Assembly: GCF_006345805.1 (NCBI RefSeq)
Contig: NC_043005.1
Span: 18,724,001 to 18,788,000, forward strand
Direction of reading: 5' to 3'
Length of the DNA stretch: 64,000 bases
From: Octopus sinensis
Lineage: Eukaryota
Shown: positions 50,820-64,000 of the stretch, one piece after another
Layout of the letters: every line of letters begins with the position of its first letter
Position numbering within the stretch: position 1 is the first letter of the stretch
Program-made: the position numbers and the translations under genes
Notes under the pieces: generated by a model
Databases searched by the model: none
Seen by the model: only the letters and a program-made list of their open reading frames with translations
What the model was told of the DNA's origin: nothing

Positions 50820-51050
50820 AATACCTATTTCTTACTACCCACAAGGGGTTAAACACAGAGGGGACGAACAAGGACAGACAAACGGACTAAGTAGATTATA
50901 TCGACCCCAGTGCGCAACTGGTACTTAATTTATCGACCCCGAAAGGATGAAAGGCAAAGTCGACCTCGGCGGAATTTGAACTCAGAACGTAACGGCAGAC
51001 GAAATACAGCTACGCATTTCGCCCGACGTGCTAACGATTCTGCCAGCTTA
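50820..51050 (-). mobile_element. Full-length SINE family C
   Basis: Reverse complement of the C consensus. Confidence 0.9.
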
Positions 51051-51476
51051 ATACCGTCTCATAATTGGTAGCCGTAATTCATTATCTCTCATCACCTATA
51101 CAGAAGGTCTGAAATTATTGGTCTCCGAATTTGAAGGCCAGGTTTGCGCTACGATTTATTTTTACGTTGGTGATGTGCTTTAGTCGAAGAGGTCGTAGTG
51201 GGGGTGAGTCATAAGTTTAGAAGCGATTACGCGACTTCTAGTTGCGCGTTGTTCCTGCTTTGCGGAAGTGAAGTGCGTTAATGTTTACATTATACAGAGA
51301 TAGTTTTAAATTTAAATAGGGAGTGGAGTGAGTAAAAACTTGCATTACTATTTTCTCATATAAGTTAAATAATAATGGAGCACGAGAATTTTTTAATATC
51401 ATTTTACTCAAGCTAATTGGTGTTTCATGCATCACCGACATTTATATATTTACCGATGCTATATGTCTAGCCATCA

Positions 51477-51858
51477 GGAGGCGCAATGGCCCAGTGGTTA
51501 GGGCAGCGGACTCGCGGTCATAGGATCGCGGTTTCGATTCCCAGACCGGGTGTTGTGAGTGTTTATTGAGCGAAATCACCTAAAGCTCCACGAGGCTCCG
51601 GCAGGGGATGGTGCTGATCCCTGCTGTACTCTTTCACGACAACTTTCTCTCACTCTTACTTCCTGTTTCTGTTGTACCTGTATTTCAAAGGGCCGGCCTT
51701 GTCACTCTCTGTGTCACGCTGAATATCTCCGAGAACTACGTTAAAGGTACACGTGTCTGTGGAGTGCTCAGCCACTTACACGTTAATTTCACGAGTAGGC
51801 TGTTCCGTTGATTCGGATCAACCGGAACCCTCGTCGTCGTAACCGACGGAGTGCTTCC
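51477..51858 (+). mobile_element. Full-length SINE A1 with a 14-bp TSD
   Basis: ATGTCTAGCCATCA at 51463-51476 and 51859-51872. Confidence 0.95.
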
Positions 51859-52949
51859 ATGTCTAGCCATCAAAAACACTACTAACCTAAAGGCACCAGA
51901 AGAAAATCAGTATATCAGGATCCCCTTATTTCTAATACTATATTCGACACAATATTTTGTAAATACTTTAATACTTTATAGTGCTATACAAATTTAACTC
52001 ATCGTCGAAAGTAGATATTGCACACAGTTCATATACACACACATATATACACACACACACATAGATGAACACAAATTTTATTTCAGTCACACTGATTATA
52101 TTGTTTGTGACAGAGATAAAATTATAGTTTTACTTCTTAAAGTTTCCCTTATGTTTCAATGACTCACAGCCCTGACATTCCAATGAATCAATATATATTG
52201 TAATAGAGAAGTAATACGTGTAACAGATGATGAGGCAGAGAACTTCTAACGATATGAAAAGGGAAACCTTTATATATTTCAGACACAAAGACCCGCCATC
52301 AGACACATATTTCAGACACAAAGCCCGCTTTATAAATGTAACTCTATATGGAAACTGTCATTTTGAATGCCGAAGGAGCAGTCATCCCATTTTGTCCGGT
52401 CAGCAATGTTACCACCGAACAGGGTTACATAACCCCTAGGTTACAACCTTTCGCACTTCTCTGCCTCCCTCTCTATTTCTTGTTCTCACCGAAACAGTTT
52501 CACACTATAAAACCACGAAATGTTACAAAGTTGATAACTTAATGATGTTCAATGAAGTTGTTATCATTAAAATTATAATTTTATTACTTGAAAGATTTCT
52601 TTCTCTCCAAAACTAATTTCGTTTTTTTATAAACGCTTAAATCGTACTTCGGCATGCTTTCGTTAGTGTAAAATTCAGAGTAGCAATTTTTCTATCTCGA
52701 AATTTTCGTAAATTTCTTAGTTTTGTTATGTTGAAGTTTATATTTGCGAAATCTGTTCCACTCGTATCGTTGTCACAAATTTAACAACCAAGGTTCCCCA
52801 GCTGCACTTCTAAGTGTTGCTTCATAAACCAAAATCTCCATTCATCTACTGAATTGCTTTAGGAAATATACGTATCCAATCTAGTGTCACTGAATCTTTC
52901 TATCTCCAATCAGTCAAAGCTAAAGCTACAATTACAAAGATGAATAAAT

Positions 52950-53150
52950 ACAGCCTAAACAAACAGGTGAAGGCAAATTTCCATCTGTTGAATGTTTTCA
53001 ATATTCATAGGCATCCAATTCAATAATTCTCAGTATATCTCACGTAAAAATGTAGACATCACTGATTTACAACGTTTCATTGTACTTGAGAACTGTTTTG
53101 AAGTATTACTAGTAGAAACGTGGGAGAACTAGTATCCTTATGTTAAATAT
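52950..53150 (-). pseudogene. Possible decayed hAT transposase C-terminal dimerisation fragment
   Basis: LP-VSTSNTSKQFSSTMKRCKS resembles LPVSTAS.ERSFS.MKR.K. Confidence 0.35.
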
Positions 53151-54652
53151 CTTACATTGAATTCCATTCCTAAGCATATTTCAAGATTCACACATTGAAG
53201 ACACAAAGTACTACAGTTATCAGACCATTGCTTTTTAGGATACCTAATTTGATTTTCTACCAATTCTTTCAGCACTGATTTCATGAATGTTAAAGTCCAT
53301 GAATTATAGCAGAGTACATGGAATGCAATTCCGTTTCCTAATACGCGCTGCGATCAGCATAAGCAGTTTGAAAATGTAATATTAAAGCAACCTGCTGGCT
53401 AAGAATTCTCTTTACAATGTAACCTCTGGCTAAAATTGAAAGTTGAATCCTTTTTTAGTGGCTTCCCATTATTAGTTAATTTTGATTTTTGCATGTAAGA
53501 TTCCCGTTGTAGCACTGATCGTGGAAAAGTTTCCAAGTTTCTTTTAACCTATAGTAAATATTCGTAGATAAGTCTTCAGCAACATTGAACCATGCTAATT
53601 TGACAAATGTATTTATGGAGAATCAACAAGGATTATATAATTTCATTAACGTGCACAATGAATTATTATTGCCACAAATTTCGAAGCTGTACCAGAAGTG
53701 ATTTTAATATTTCTCCCCGCAACACTCAAGGGCTTTCGCACGAGTTGATGCAACACTTCAGCCGTGCATTTTGTAGCTAGAATTAACCATACAAACTTTA
53801 AGGCAACTTTATTTTGTAGTTTATGGTAAGATCCAACATGCGTACATAACTACTTTTGACAAGTAATATAAGTTGAGTCGTGTAAAATCAAGAACTGATT
53901 ATTACTTAAATCTTCAATTTGTCACTTCAGTAAGGATACAACCATAAATTTCTTATAAATGCTGTGCATTTTGTCGTACATAGTTTCAAATTAGCTGCAA
54001 TTGATAAGAAAGGAATGCCTCGAGCAATCAGTTCTCTTAAATGAGCAAACTTTGAAAATACGAGTATGACAAGCTACAAATGCTGCTAACTGAATTTCTG
54101 TTATTCTGCTACAGGAAATAAATGTTTGGACAACTTTATTGCGATATAAGTTGTTTTTCTCTCACTTCAATAAATTTCTTAATGCTTAACCGGTTAACTG
54201 AAAACTCTTGCTTCGTTAACTCGGGTTTTGCGATCATATATTTCAGCATTGCATACTTTACTTAAATCCATATTTCTATCGTGTTTTCTTTCTCTCACCT
54301 AATTCCAGTATTGTGGATCTACTACAACTACTGTTTGTGAAACATTGGTAAAAGTATTTTCTTCTTTTTGTATGATACGATATGAAATCAAAATATTTAA
54401 GTTTTGAGTTGAGTAGACGGACTTTAAATTTTGCTTAAAAAATTTTGCCGCTTGGTCAAAGCAAGCATATATATAATTAGTTTAAATAAAATAGTAAAAC
54501 AGAGTTTAACGATTTTTTTTTAAAGTTTAAAGTCTGCTTTGAACTTATTGACTCGTGAGGTTTTCGAAGCGTTTTAGTTCAGAGTACAAGACTCCTTCGT
54601 AAATAGGACATGTCTTGGTAGTTAATTGCCATGTTTTTATTAATAATTTTAG

Positions 54653-54767
54653 GAGCCTATATTGACTGAAGCAGATATACCGACTCACTCGGCCCTCACA
54701 TTCTTGATTCAGCCGAATGAAGGATGTGACAACTGGAGGAATGTTATGGTGGCACATAAACCAGTTG
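54653..54767 (+). CDS. Candidate 115-nt internal coding exon, unknown protein
   Basis: tttttattaataattttag|G acceptor, TTG|gtacgt donor; only one open frame: EPILTEADIPTHSALTFLIQPNEGCDNWRNVMVAHKPV. Confidence 0.3.
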
Positions 54768-54958
54768 GTACGTATTTTCAAACTGGTGCTATGATTAATG
54801 AAGAGCATTATTTAAAGACACCGCACGCCGCCCGATTTAGTCATCGAAAGCACGACCTTTTAATCGTGATGTTAACAACCAAACCACTGACAGACACTTC
54901 TTTACATACATATATACATTCTCGCGCACATACATATTCACAAACACACATACATACA

Positions 54959-54996
<38 letters not shown>

Positions 54997-55477
54997 TGTC
55001 TGTCTGTCTGTCTGTATGTGTTTGTGTCTGTCTGTGTGTGTGTGTATGTGTGTGTGTGTGTGTGAGTGTGTTTGTGTGTGTGTCTGTGTGTGTGAAATAT
55101 AATGTTTCTTGAATGCGACAATGCAGAGTGGACTATAACTGTTCTAAATAATTAAATTGTTCATCGTCTGATATAATATTTCGGAATATAAAAATTCCCT
55201 CTTCAGATATTGCTAGGAAGTAATGGAATCGCTGTTATAGTAGGTTTTCCAACGGTTGTCGACACCATTATTTCCTATATCTAAAGAAAGAAATTTTATA
55301 TTTCGAAATAATGTATTAGGCTATGAAAAATTAAATTATCTATAATAGTTATGGTAGTCCACTGTGCATTGTTGTGTTATTCAAGACACGTAACATTTCG
55401 AAAATAATACACAATGCTTCCAGCGAACTACAATACTCTCTCTTATATGTATATATATGTGTATGTATATATATATT

Positions 55478-55583
<106 letters not shown>

Positions 55584-55632
55584 ATATGTATATATATATA
55601 TAGTATATATATATATATGTATATGTATATAT

Positions 55633-55677
<45 letters not shown>

Positions 55678-55692
55678 ATATTATATATATAT

Positions 55693-56120
55693 ATAGTCAA
55701 TCCAAACATGAACAAGCAAGAAAAAACAACAACGCGAGGACGTGAATAAGTACAGTGTTATTGGACGCTCAGGAAATGGAAGAAAAGAAAGAGGATTTCA
55801 CAATTCGAGCGGGCCCTTCGTCAGAAATATAGAAAAAGTCCAAAGAAGGGAAGACGGAGAAAGAAAATCGCCAACGATACACACGCGGTTACATATTGAA
55901 ATGACCGAAAGGAATGGGTGGAGAAAGGGCACTTTAGGTCAAGCATGGTGAGAGGGTGTGAATGTCGGTGTAGGTGTTATTGGTGGCGACAAACAGAGAA
56001 TAGTAGAAGTAGAAAGAAGATAGGTAGAAGCAGGACGAGAAAATGACGAGAGAAAAATGGAAGAGCGACGGACAAATTGTGATGATTTCCAATCAAAATC
56101 AAATCCGAACGAATAGGAAC
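55693..56120 (-). mobile_element. PLE-like fragment at a (TA)n end, with a decayed HHR at about 55794-55828
   Basis: ggacgctcaggaaat...ttcgagcgggcccttcgtcagaaa parallels 11946-12010. Confidence 0.55.
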
Positions 56121-56121
56121 A

Positions 56122-56254
56122 GTCTATCAAATCCACTCGCAAAGCTTTGGTTGTCCTAAGGTTATAGTAGAAGACACTTGCCGATATAGCGGGACTGAAC
56201 TCGGAAACTATGTGGTTGTGAAGTAAGCTTCTTACCAGACAGCCACGCCTGCGC
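56122..56254 (-). mobile_element. SINE family B, head half only
   Basis: Match to the B head. Confidence 0.8.
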
Positions 56255-57270
56255 TAGTGTGTGTATATATACTGTAATCTATCTGAACGACACCCCCTTC
56301 CGTTTTTGATGAAATAATTAATTGACAATATAAATGTTGAGAAATCCAAAATTCTTGAATATTGTTTTATATTCATCTCACCTTGATGCAGCCTGTTCCC
56401 TGTTTGTTTTAAATATTACACTCGTATGCTACAAAGTTCTGCTTTGTCCATCCTTCGTGGACATTTGTGGATTTTAATTTTGAAAATTAAAATCACGGCT
56501 TTCTTTAACAATAACATTACAAAAAGAAATACAATGTGTAAAGGTAAAATAGTATTTGAAAAGTATGAATTCAACGATCACCAAAACAGTGAGCTTTTAT
56601 TTATAGACTTTAAAGAAACTCCTTCGGGGAAATTGTGCGTTGTTTGAGAAAATAATTTCTCTCATCATGGAAGACATGATCTAAATAGACACTGCAAGAT
56701 AAACATCATATCAGGAAAGAAGAAAATCAATATTTACCATCCTTTAATATAATAAATTAACCTAATCCCTTAGACATTGACGTTTCGTGTTATTCCTCAG
56801 GAGGTTATTTAAAATGATATCTTTGCCTTTATTTTTTGATAAATAAATATAAAAATGGCGTAACATTTTATTATTATCAAGGAAGAGCGTTAAAAAACGT
56901 ATAACATGCTCGATTAACTCTTTCACCAACAAATAATCAGCTTATAAATAGCAATACTTATAAGTATTGCACGCTGGGATGAATATGTGATTGTCATGAA
57001 GTTAGCTTAGAACCTCAGTTAAATGTGACCAATTACAGTACGAGGTTCATAAATGTCTTGTGAGTGGATTTAAGTACAAGAATGTACTTATTGAGCACAT
57101 TCAATGAAGTTATCCTCTTCTTGGCTAATAGCCTTAATCTATTTCCTGGTTCAACAATGCTATTTAGATATGTATATATATCGGCACACCTTAAGCTAAC
57201 TGGTTTTCGGATCTGGTGATGCGCCGTAAAGATAAAACAAGGGTAATCCCATTAGCCGGTCCTATCTAAC

Positions 57271-57356
<86 letters not shown>

Positions 57357-57600
57357 CAATAATTATATCGATAGAAGTTATGGAGACTCATACATCTTCA
57401 AAATGTTCCGTAAGCTGGAACATGGCTGAGAGCTATCACGGTATCCACCCAGGTAATATCTCATATATATCTATATATAGATATAGATAAGTATATGTAT
57501 ATATATATATATATGTATGTATATGTATGTATGTATATATATATATATGTATGTATATGTATGTATGTATATATATACACACACATATATATATACATAC

Positions 57601-57633
<33 letters not shown>

Positions 57634-57723
57634 TATATTATATATATATAATATATATTATATATATATATATATATTATATATATATACATGCACACTT
57701 ATATATATATATATATATATAAC

Positions 57724-58096
57724 AGAGGTGTAATGCCCATAGGGCAGCAGTCGCACGGTCGTAGGATCGCGGTTTCGATTCCCAGACCGGGCATTCTGAG
57801 TGTTTATTGAGCGAAAATATCTGAAGTTCAACGAGGCTAGGCAGCGGTGGTAGCGAACCCTGCTGTACTCTTTCACCACAACTTTCTCCCACTCTTCCTT
57901 CCTGTTTCTGTTGTACCTGTATTTCAAAGGACCAGCCTTGTCACACTCTGTGTCACGCTGAATCTCCCTGAGAATTACACTAAGGGTACACGTGTCTGTG
58001 AAGTGCTCAGGCACATGCACCTTAGTTTCACGAGCAGGCTGTTCTGTTGATCCGATTAGCTGGAACCCTCGTCATTTCAACCGACACAGTGCCACG
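57724..58096 (+). mobile_element. SINE A1, diverged
   Basis: Match to 51477-51858; flanked by (TA)n. Confidence 0.9.
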
Positions 58097-58178
<82 letters not shown>

Positions 58179-58468
58179 CATACATACATTCGTGCGCACA
58201 TGCTCACACAACACACGTTATTATTAGAATTTAGAAACTCTGAGATATATGAAGTAGAGCATGTTTTATAATGGAACTCGAAGTAGATAAAGCTACGAAT
58301 ATTAGCGTGTATTACATCTCGTAGTATCTAAGTTATCATAATGCAATCATCTTACAATTCTCACCATAAGAACATGTCGTCTAAAATGAGTAGAGAAATG
58401 ATTAACACTTCTCTCCTGTTCGCAGACACTTTGTTTTCGTACCCCTTCGATTTTCTATCATTCATTTT

Positions 58469-58692
58469 GAGCTGGCAGAAACGTTAGCACGCCGGGCGAA
58501 ATGCGTAGCCGTATTTTGTCTGCCGTTACGTTCTGAGTTCAAATTCCGTCGAGGTCGACTTTGCCTTTCATCCTTTCGGGGTCGATAAATTAAGTACCAG
58601 TTACGCACTGGGGTCGATGTAATCGACTTAATCCGTTTGTCCGTCTTTGTTTGTCCCCTCTGTGTTTAGCCCCTTGTGGGTAGTAAAGAAAT
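58469..58692 (+). mobile_element. SINE family C, close to consensus
   Basis: Direct match. Confidence 0.9.
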
Positions 58693-60349
58693 ATATTATC
58701 TGTTTCGAGTCCACCATAAAAATCTAATATATATATAAGTACAGAAACACAGACACGCACAAACAAATATTTATATGTGTATGTATGTATGTATGTATGT
58801 ATGTATGTATGTATGTGTTTTAATTATCCTTTAAAGTACTTCAGAGATTTTGATATTGGTAAAATTGTACACAATTTTTATATCATATTATTTTTTAAAA
58901 GCATTTGTGGCAATGAAACAAAAGTTTTTTTTGGTTTTTTTTTAAAATTTGTCTTTACAAATATAATGTGTTTTTTTTTTCCAAAGAATTTCTTTGCTTA
59001 ACCACGCATTGAAAGTCAAATATTGATTTATATACGATGAAGTAAACATCTTGCATGAATACAATGAAAGGGATATATAACGAAAGGATGAATTGAAGAT
59101 GAAAGAAAATATACAGAGAATGAGGTGGATGTGGTGGAGGAAGACAGTTGACATATCACATGGTTTTACTGATGGCTATTTAAACTTTAGTTATTGATCT
59201 TTGTAATTCTTAATATTTAATCAATAATGTTTTAAGACGAACACATCTATATATATTTTTATTTATATTAAAAACAATATTTAGAAGAGATATTGAGACA
59301 TAAGACGAATAACTTGTACTCAACGCGACTCTCTGAATGAATAATCATAATAGTCGAGATTTCTGTTAATTAATATGCAATTTCGGTTGCTATACTAATT
59401 AATATACAACAGTTAAAGTATATATGTCAATATATTCTTTAACGTGTTTATATTGGAAATATGTGAGCGTCGATCATATTTGACAAGTCGTCCCTGGAGA
59501 ATGAACAAGGAAACTTCAGGAACTTTTAACACTTTTACTGACGAAGCTCTATCGGTGATCGGTAGAGATATTGGCCGAACTATTTGTAGATCGTTTTCTA
59601 CTAAAATATCACTGAATTATAGACCAAAGCTTAGTTTAAGCTTATTATTACCTGCTGCATGTAATGTTGAACTACTAAGAAACGTGTAAACAAAAATGAA
59701 TGCAAGATTATTAAGCACAAATTATTGAGAGATGTTAGATTTGGAAGTTATCCTCTATCGTGTTCTTCGCTGGTTCTCTGAAAGATAGGTTGCGAATTCA
59801 TTTTCAAAAGTGTTAAAGAAAATACTGTTGAGAACATATAGAAGAGAAAAATTTTCTGCCCAAACAAAGCGTCTTTTTCGTGTACATAATTAACTACTTG
59901 ATTTAGTACTTTCAATTGGTGAAACCAGCCATCGCAATCATCTACATCTGAAACTACAGGGAAAGAACTTATTACCTGACTTAACAATTGATATCAATAT
60001 ATTCATGATGGAATTATGACTGATTCTTTCTTAACTGGAAAATGAGAATTTGAACCAGTTTCTACACCTAAAGAGAAAAGTGAACGACTGAGAAAAACAA
60101 TTATTTACAAAGTACAATATCTATCGATAAATAAATAAATAAATAAATAAACGATTAAAATGGCGTACATACTTTCTGGCGCAGTGTGCTCATAGCCGAG
60201 GCACTGTGCATTAGTCCTTTTCACCTGCGATTTAAGAGAGATTGTGTTAGTTTACAAGAAAGCAGTGTAATAATACCTGCATCGCACCGAGTCTGTTAGT
60301 CATCGATGTCCACCTGTTAGAATTACCGTGTTTTCTGCAGATGGAGAAT

Positions 60350-60880
60350 TGTTACATGATAAAAAAGAAACGATTAGGAAAATGAACTGTTTGAGTAATT
60401 ATTTTCTCGAATAGGCAAAATCTCAGGATGATAGTTTTAATGTTGCAGTATGTCTATGGGTAGTTTATGGGGAACATGGTTTGAGACATACACGGTGTTA
60501 AGAAAAGTAAGATCGAGGAAAAGATCCAATGTAGGCTGTTTTTATACGGGTATAATGTCAACATAGAAAGGCAATCGCTGCAGTGAATTGGATAACGGCC
60601 ACCCTGAGCAGAAAATGCATGGCAATGTCTTACATGCTAAGTTCATACTGATGGTTTTTTAATGGAAAGGGGTCGTTCATTGTGAATTTGTCCTATGTGT
60701 TCACAACTAATGATAAGAATTATGTGTCGCGGAGCATTTGGATGAAGCATTGCGAAAGAAGAGACTTGCACCAAGGACAAACTAAACCCTGATTCTACAC
60801 CACAACCACGCATTTTATCACGCGGTTGTCTTTATCCGTAACATTTTGCCAATATTGAGGCGATTCTCGCCCTTAACGTC
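60350..60880 (+). pseudogene. Heavily decayed mariner transposase
   Basis: Pieces KFILMVF..KGVVHCEFV, LRKKR and ILHHNHAFYH resemble KVM..VF.D.KGVVH.EF.P and ILHHDNA..H. Confidence 0.55.
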
Positions 60881-61174
60881 CCTACTCTACGTGTTCGGTT
60901 TCTGCGGGTTAAAAGTACTGGTTTCCTAATCTATAATCTTCACTCAAAAATTGCCAGTATCAGAAGAAAGAAAATTATCTATAACAAATTCCTTAAGAGA
61001 ACAGTACATTACTCTTGGAAATACTTTTCAGGTTTCAGGGGTGAAATGGGAGTGTGAGTAAGAAGCCGGAAAATATGATGGGAAAGCTACTGCTGGAAAC
61101 GCTGCGCTAATAGATAAGTCTGGTCAAACAGTCCTAGACGAAGAGTTAAACAACAATTAGAAGAAAACATCAAC

Positions 61175-61390
61175 GGAGGCGCAATGGTCCAGTGGTTAGC
61201 GCAGCGGACTCGCGGTCGGAGGATCGTGGTTTCAATTCCAAGACCGGGCGTTGTGTGTGTTTATTGATTGGAAACACCTGAAGCTCCACGAGCCTCCGGC
61301 AGGGGGTGGTGGCGACCCCTGGTGTACTCTTTCGCCCCAACTTTCCAGCGGTGGTGCCCCAGCATGGCCGCAGCCTTCGGGCTGAAACAT
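61175..61390 (+). mobile_element. Chimeric SINE: family A head with a family B-like tail (A3)
   Basis: GGAGGCGCAATGGTCCAG head, then GGTGGTGCCCCAGCATGGCCGCAGCCTTCGGGCTGAAACA. Confidence 0.8.
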
Positions 61391-61790
61391 TTTTAAGGAT
61401 TTAAGGACCTGTAATCATAGATTAGTCAGTTGAATTAACATGAGGATTAAACAACAGTAGCAAGTACACCACCAAAAATAACACAAGATTAGCTAGCTAC
61501 AATGCGATTATATAGTTGTTACATAGCAGCTATATATTCATTTACAGGAGCACTGACCAATATAGTTGTAACAGTATAATTGTTGTCTAGACGGCAGCGA
61601 ATTTTGTCGGATAGAGTTTTAGTCAAAAATCAAGAAGCCTCAATAAATTTGGTGATGATGCAACAAAAGCGTATGGAAGTGTAGCAACCACACTCTGTCA
61701 CACTTACATGAGATTCTCTCTGTAATACGTTGCAAATGTGTTATTTAATAGCAGTGTCGATAACACATTGAGTTATCTATATCTAAATAT

Positions 61791-62094
61791 CACATGATCA
61801 CGTGACCGACCAGACCATCAGATGTTGTTACACATCGCTGGTCACAATGCGGTCGCATTGTTTTAGCCTTCGAATGACGCCACCCTGCTGGCTAAGCGAG
61901 CAGGCCAACAGAAGAAAGAGTGGGAGAAAGAGTGGTGAAAGAGTACAGCAGGGATCATCAACCCTGCCGGAGCGTCGTGGAGCTTTTAGGTGTTTTCGCT
62001 CAATAAACACTCACAACGCCCGGTCTGGGAATCGAAACCGCGATCCTGCGACCGCGAGTCCGCTGCCTTAACCACTGGGCCATTGCGCCTCCAC
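61791..62094 (-). mobile_element. Full-length SINE A2 with a 12-bp TSD
   Basis: ATATCTAAATAT at 61779-61790 and 62095-62106. Confidence 0.95.
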
Positions 62095-63185
62095 ATATCT
62101 AAATATATGTCTTATAAACTGAAAAAAAGCAACCAAGAAAGCTTTTATCTGGTAACGATACAGTACGGAAATTGCAGCCAAATATGCTTCTGATCACGAC
62201 ACACTGTTTAAACCCAATATGTTGAGCTCTGGAGGAAATTTGGTAAATGGATTGTGGATAATGTAATTGGCGCCACAAGAAACACAGATGCAACTATGGA
62301 CCAATAAGTTCTCATACTTTCCACCTACAGCAATGGGCCCTTAATGGGGCTCAACTTCAAAGTCGTTGCTCGACCTGCAAGAAATAGAAGCCAAATATAC
62401 TTTGAATCACACCTCACTATATCTAAAAAGACAATAGCTAAGATAAGGTTGGTACTAAAAACACGAAGCCCTAAATGAAATACGAAATAAACATAACTGG
62501 ACAACGTTTGATCAAATATACTCTCAATCAAAGCCGACACAAACACTACCACCACCACCACCACCAACAACAACAACGACAACATCAGTGAGAGTTAACA
62601 ACATAAAAGGATGACTGCTGACACAATCTGCTAATCAAATTCGTGTACAGATGTCTACTCGTTAAACGGTCGAGCTGGATGTCAAGAGACGACAACCAAT
62701 CACACCTCTAAGTTGTTGGTTTTATGATCTGTATTCAACAACGTTATTGATAAGATTTCGATTGTATTGCAAAGATAATTCTAGAAACAACTGACAGCAA
62801 CTTTCTTTTAGTTTATTTATTTGTTTTTATTTTCATTCTTCTTTTAATTTTATTACATTTCATTTTAGGCTTACAATTTTGTTTTTAACAAGACTTGTGA
62901 CTTTCCATAATCTGCATCGCATTTATCGTTTGGCAATTTTCATAGAGTAATATAGAACACACTTACTGCGTGTAACATATGGCACATCTTTATTACTTCC
63001 ATTATCATGTGATGGATGCCTTCCGACCCGGTAACAATTCGTCCTTCTTATACAGTAATAATAATGATGTATCGAAGTTAAATGCAGATTTATTGCAGCA
63101 ACGTAACAGCAGCCTCGTCCCTATCACGGGAACTGCGTGAGCACAGTGACTATATCCGTAAGTGGGTGTATCCGTACATATATAC

Positions 63186-63455
<270 letters not shown>

Positions 63456-63717
63456 CACCGTCGTCATTAGCATCATCACTTATCGCCTATTTTCGAAGCT
63501 GTCAGATGCGTATCTATTTACATATATCTATTAATACATGTGTATTAACATACACACACCCCCACACACCTATATGTATAATATTTTATATTATCGCATA
63601 TAATATCTTATATAATCATGTGCATGGTAATACATACATTTAGATGTTTGCGCATATATATATATATACATGTATATATGCATTTGATTTATTTATATAC
63701 AGTATATATGTGAATAT

Positions 63718-63910
63718 ATTATTATTATTATTATTATCATTATTATTATTATTATTATTCTATGTTTGACTTTTGCTTTATATTTGTACAAGTTGGCTCC
63801 AAGTCTCACCCAGAGACCTCAAGAGACAACAGGGTTGGAAGTTCATGTTGTTGTTATGCCTAGTGTGCCATATATTTGGGGGGTGGGGATGTTGTACTAA
63901 TGAATGTCTA
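63718..63910 (-). mobile_element. Possible 3' end of a non-LTR retroelement with an (AAT)n tail
   Basis: A GC-richer segment ends in ...gtcaaacatagaataataataat on the minus strand; family not identified. Confidence 0.3.
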
Positions 63911-64000
63911 AAAAAAAAAAAAAAGGGTTTTTTTTTTGTTTTTTTTTAAACCGAAAATTATGGTTGTTTTAAACCTTGAGGTTACATAGAGAGTATTTTG

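Noticed and set aside
59748-59987. 79-aa minus-strand ORF as a membrane-protein exon
   Set aside because: No recognisable motif and ambiguous splice sites.

Overview
AT-rich, repeat-saturated eukaryotic genomic DNA, intronic or intergenic. No complete host gene, rRNA, functional tRNA or CRISPR array is supportable. The SINE families and the (TA)n/(CATA)n/(TAGA)n density suggest an octopus or other coleoid cephalopod genome (inference from pattern recognition). Content: (1) dozens of tRNA-derived SINEs in three families, here called A, B and C, with modular heads and tails; (2) decayed DNA transposons (mariner, DD37D/maT, Tigger-like, piggyBac-like, hAT-like), two non-autonomous Helitrons and several foldback/MITE elements; (3) RTE and CR1-like LINE RT fragments; (4) many Penelope-like element (PLE) fragments embedded in (TA)n tracts; (5) a few weak plus-strand exon candidates. 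Nearly all ORF-track entries are microsatellite artefacts. The main signal is a set of type I hammerhead ribozyme (HHR) motifs in the PLE-like pieces. One has a canonical core and sits in each arm of a perfect 196-bp inverted repeat (27622-28036). Two more lie on the same strand about 460 nt apart (11974-12486), and decayed copies occur at about 45.2 kb and 55.8 kb. Also notable: an RTE fragment with a twin-priming-like inversion, covarying 3' stem-loops in SINE tails, a recurrent head-to-tail SINE junction, and a 320-bp local duplication with a stuttered junction. All coordinates and folds were read by eye; no searches or folding programs were run.
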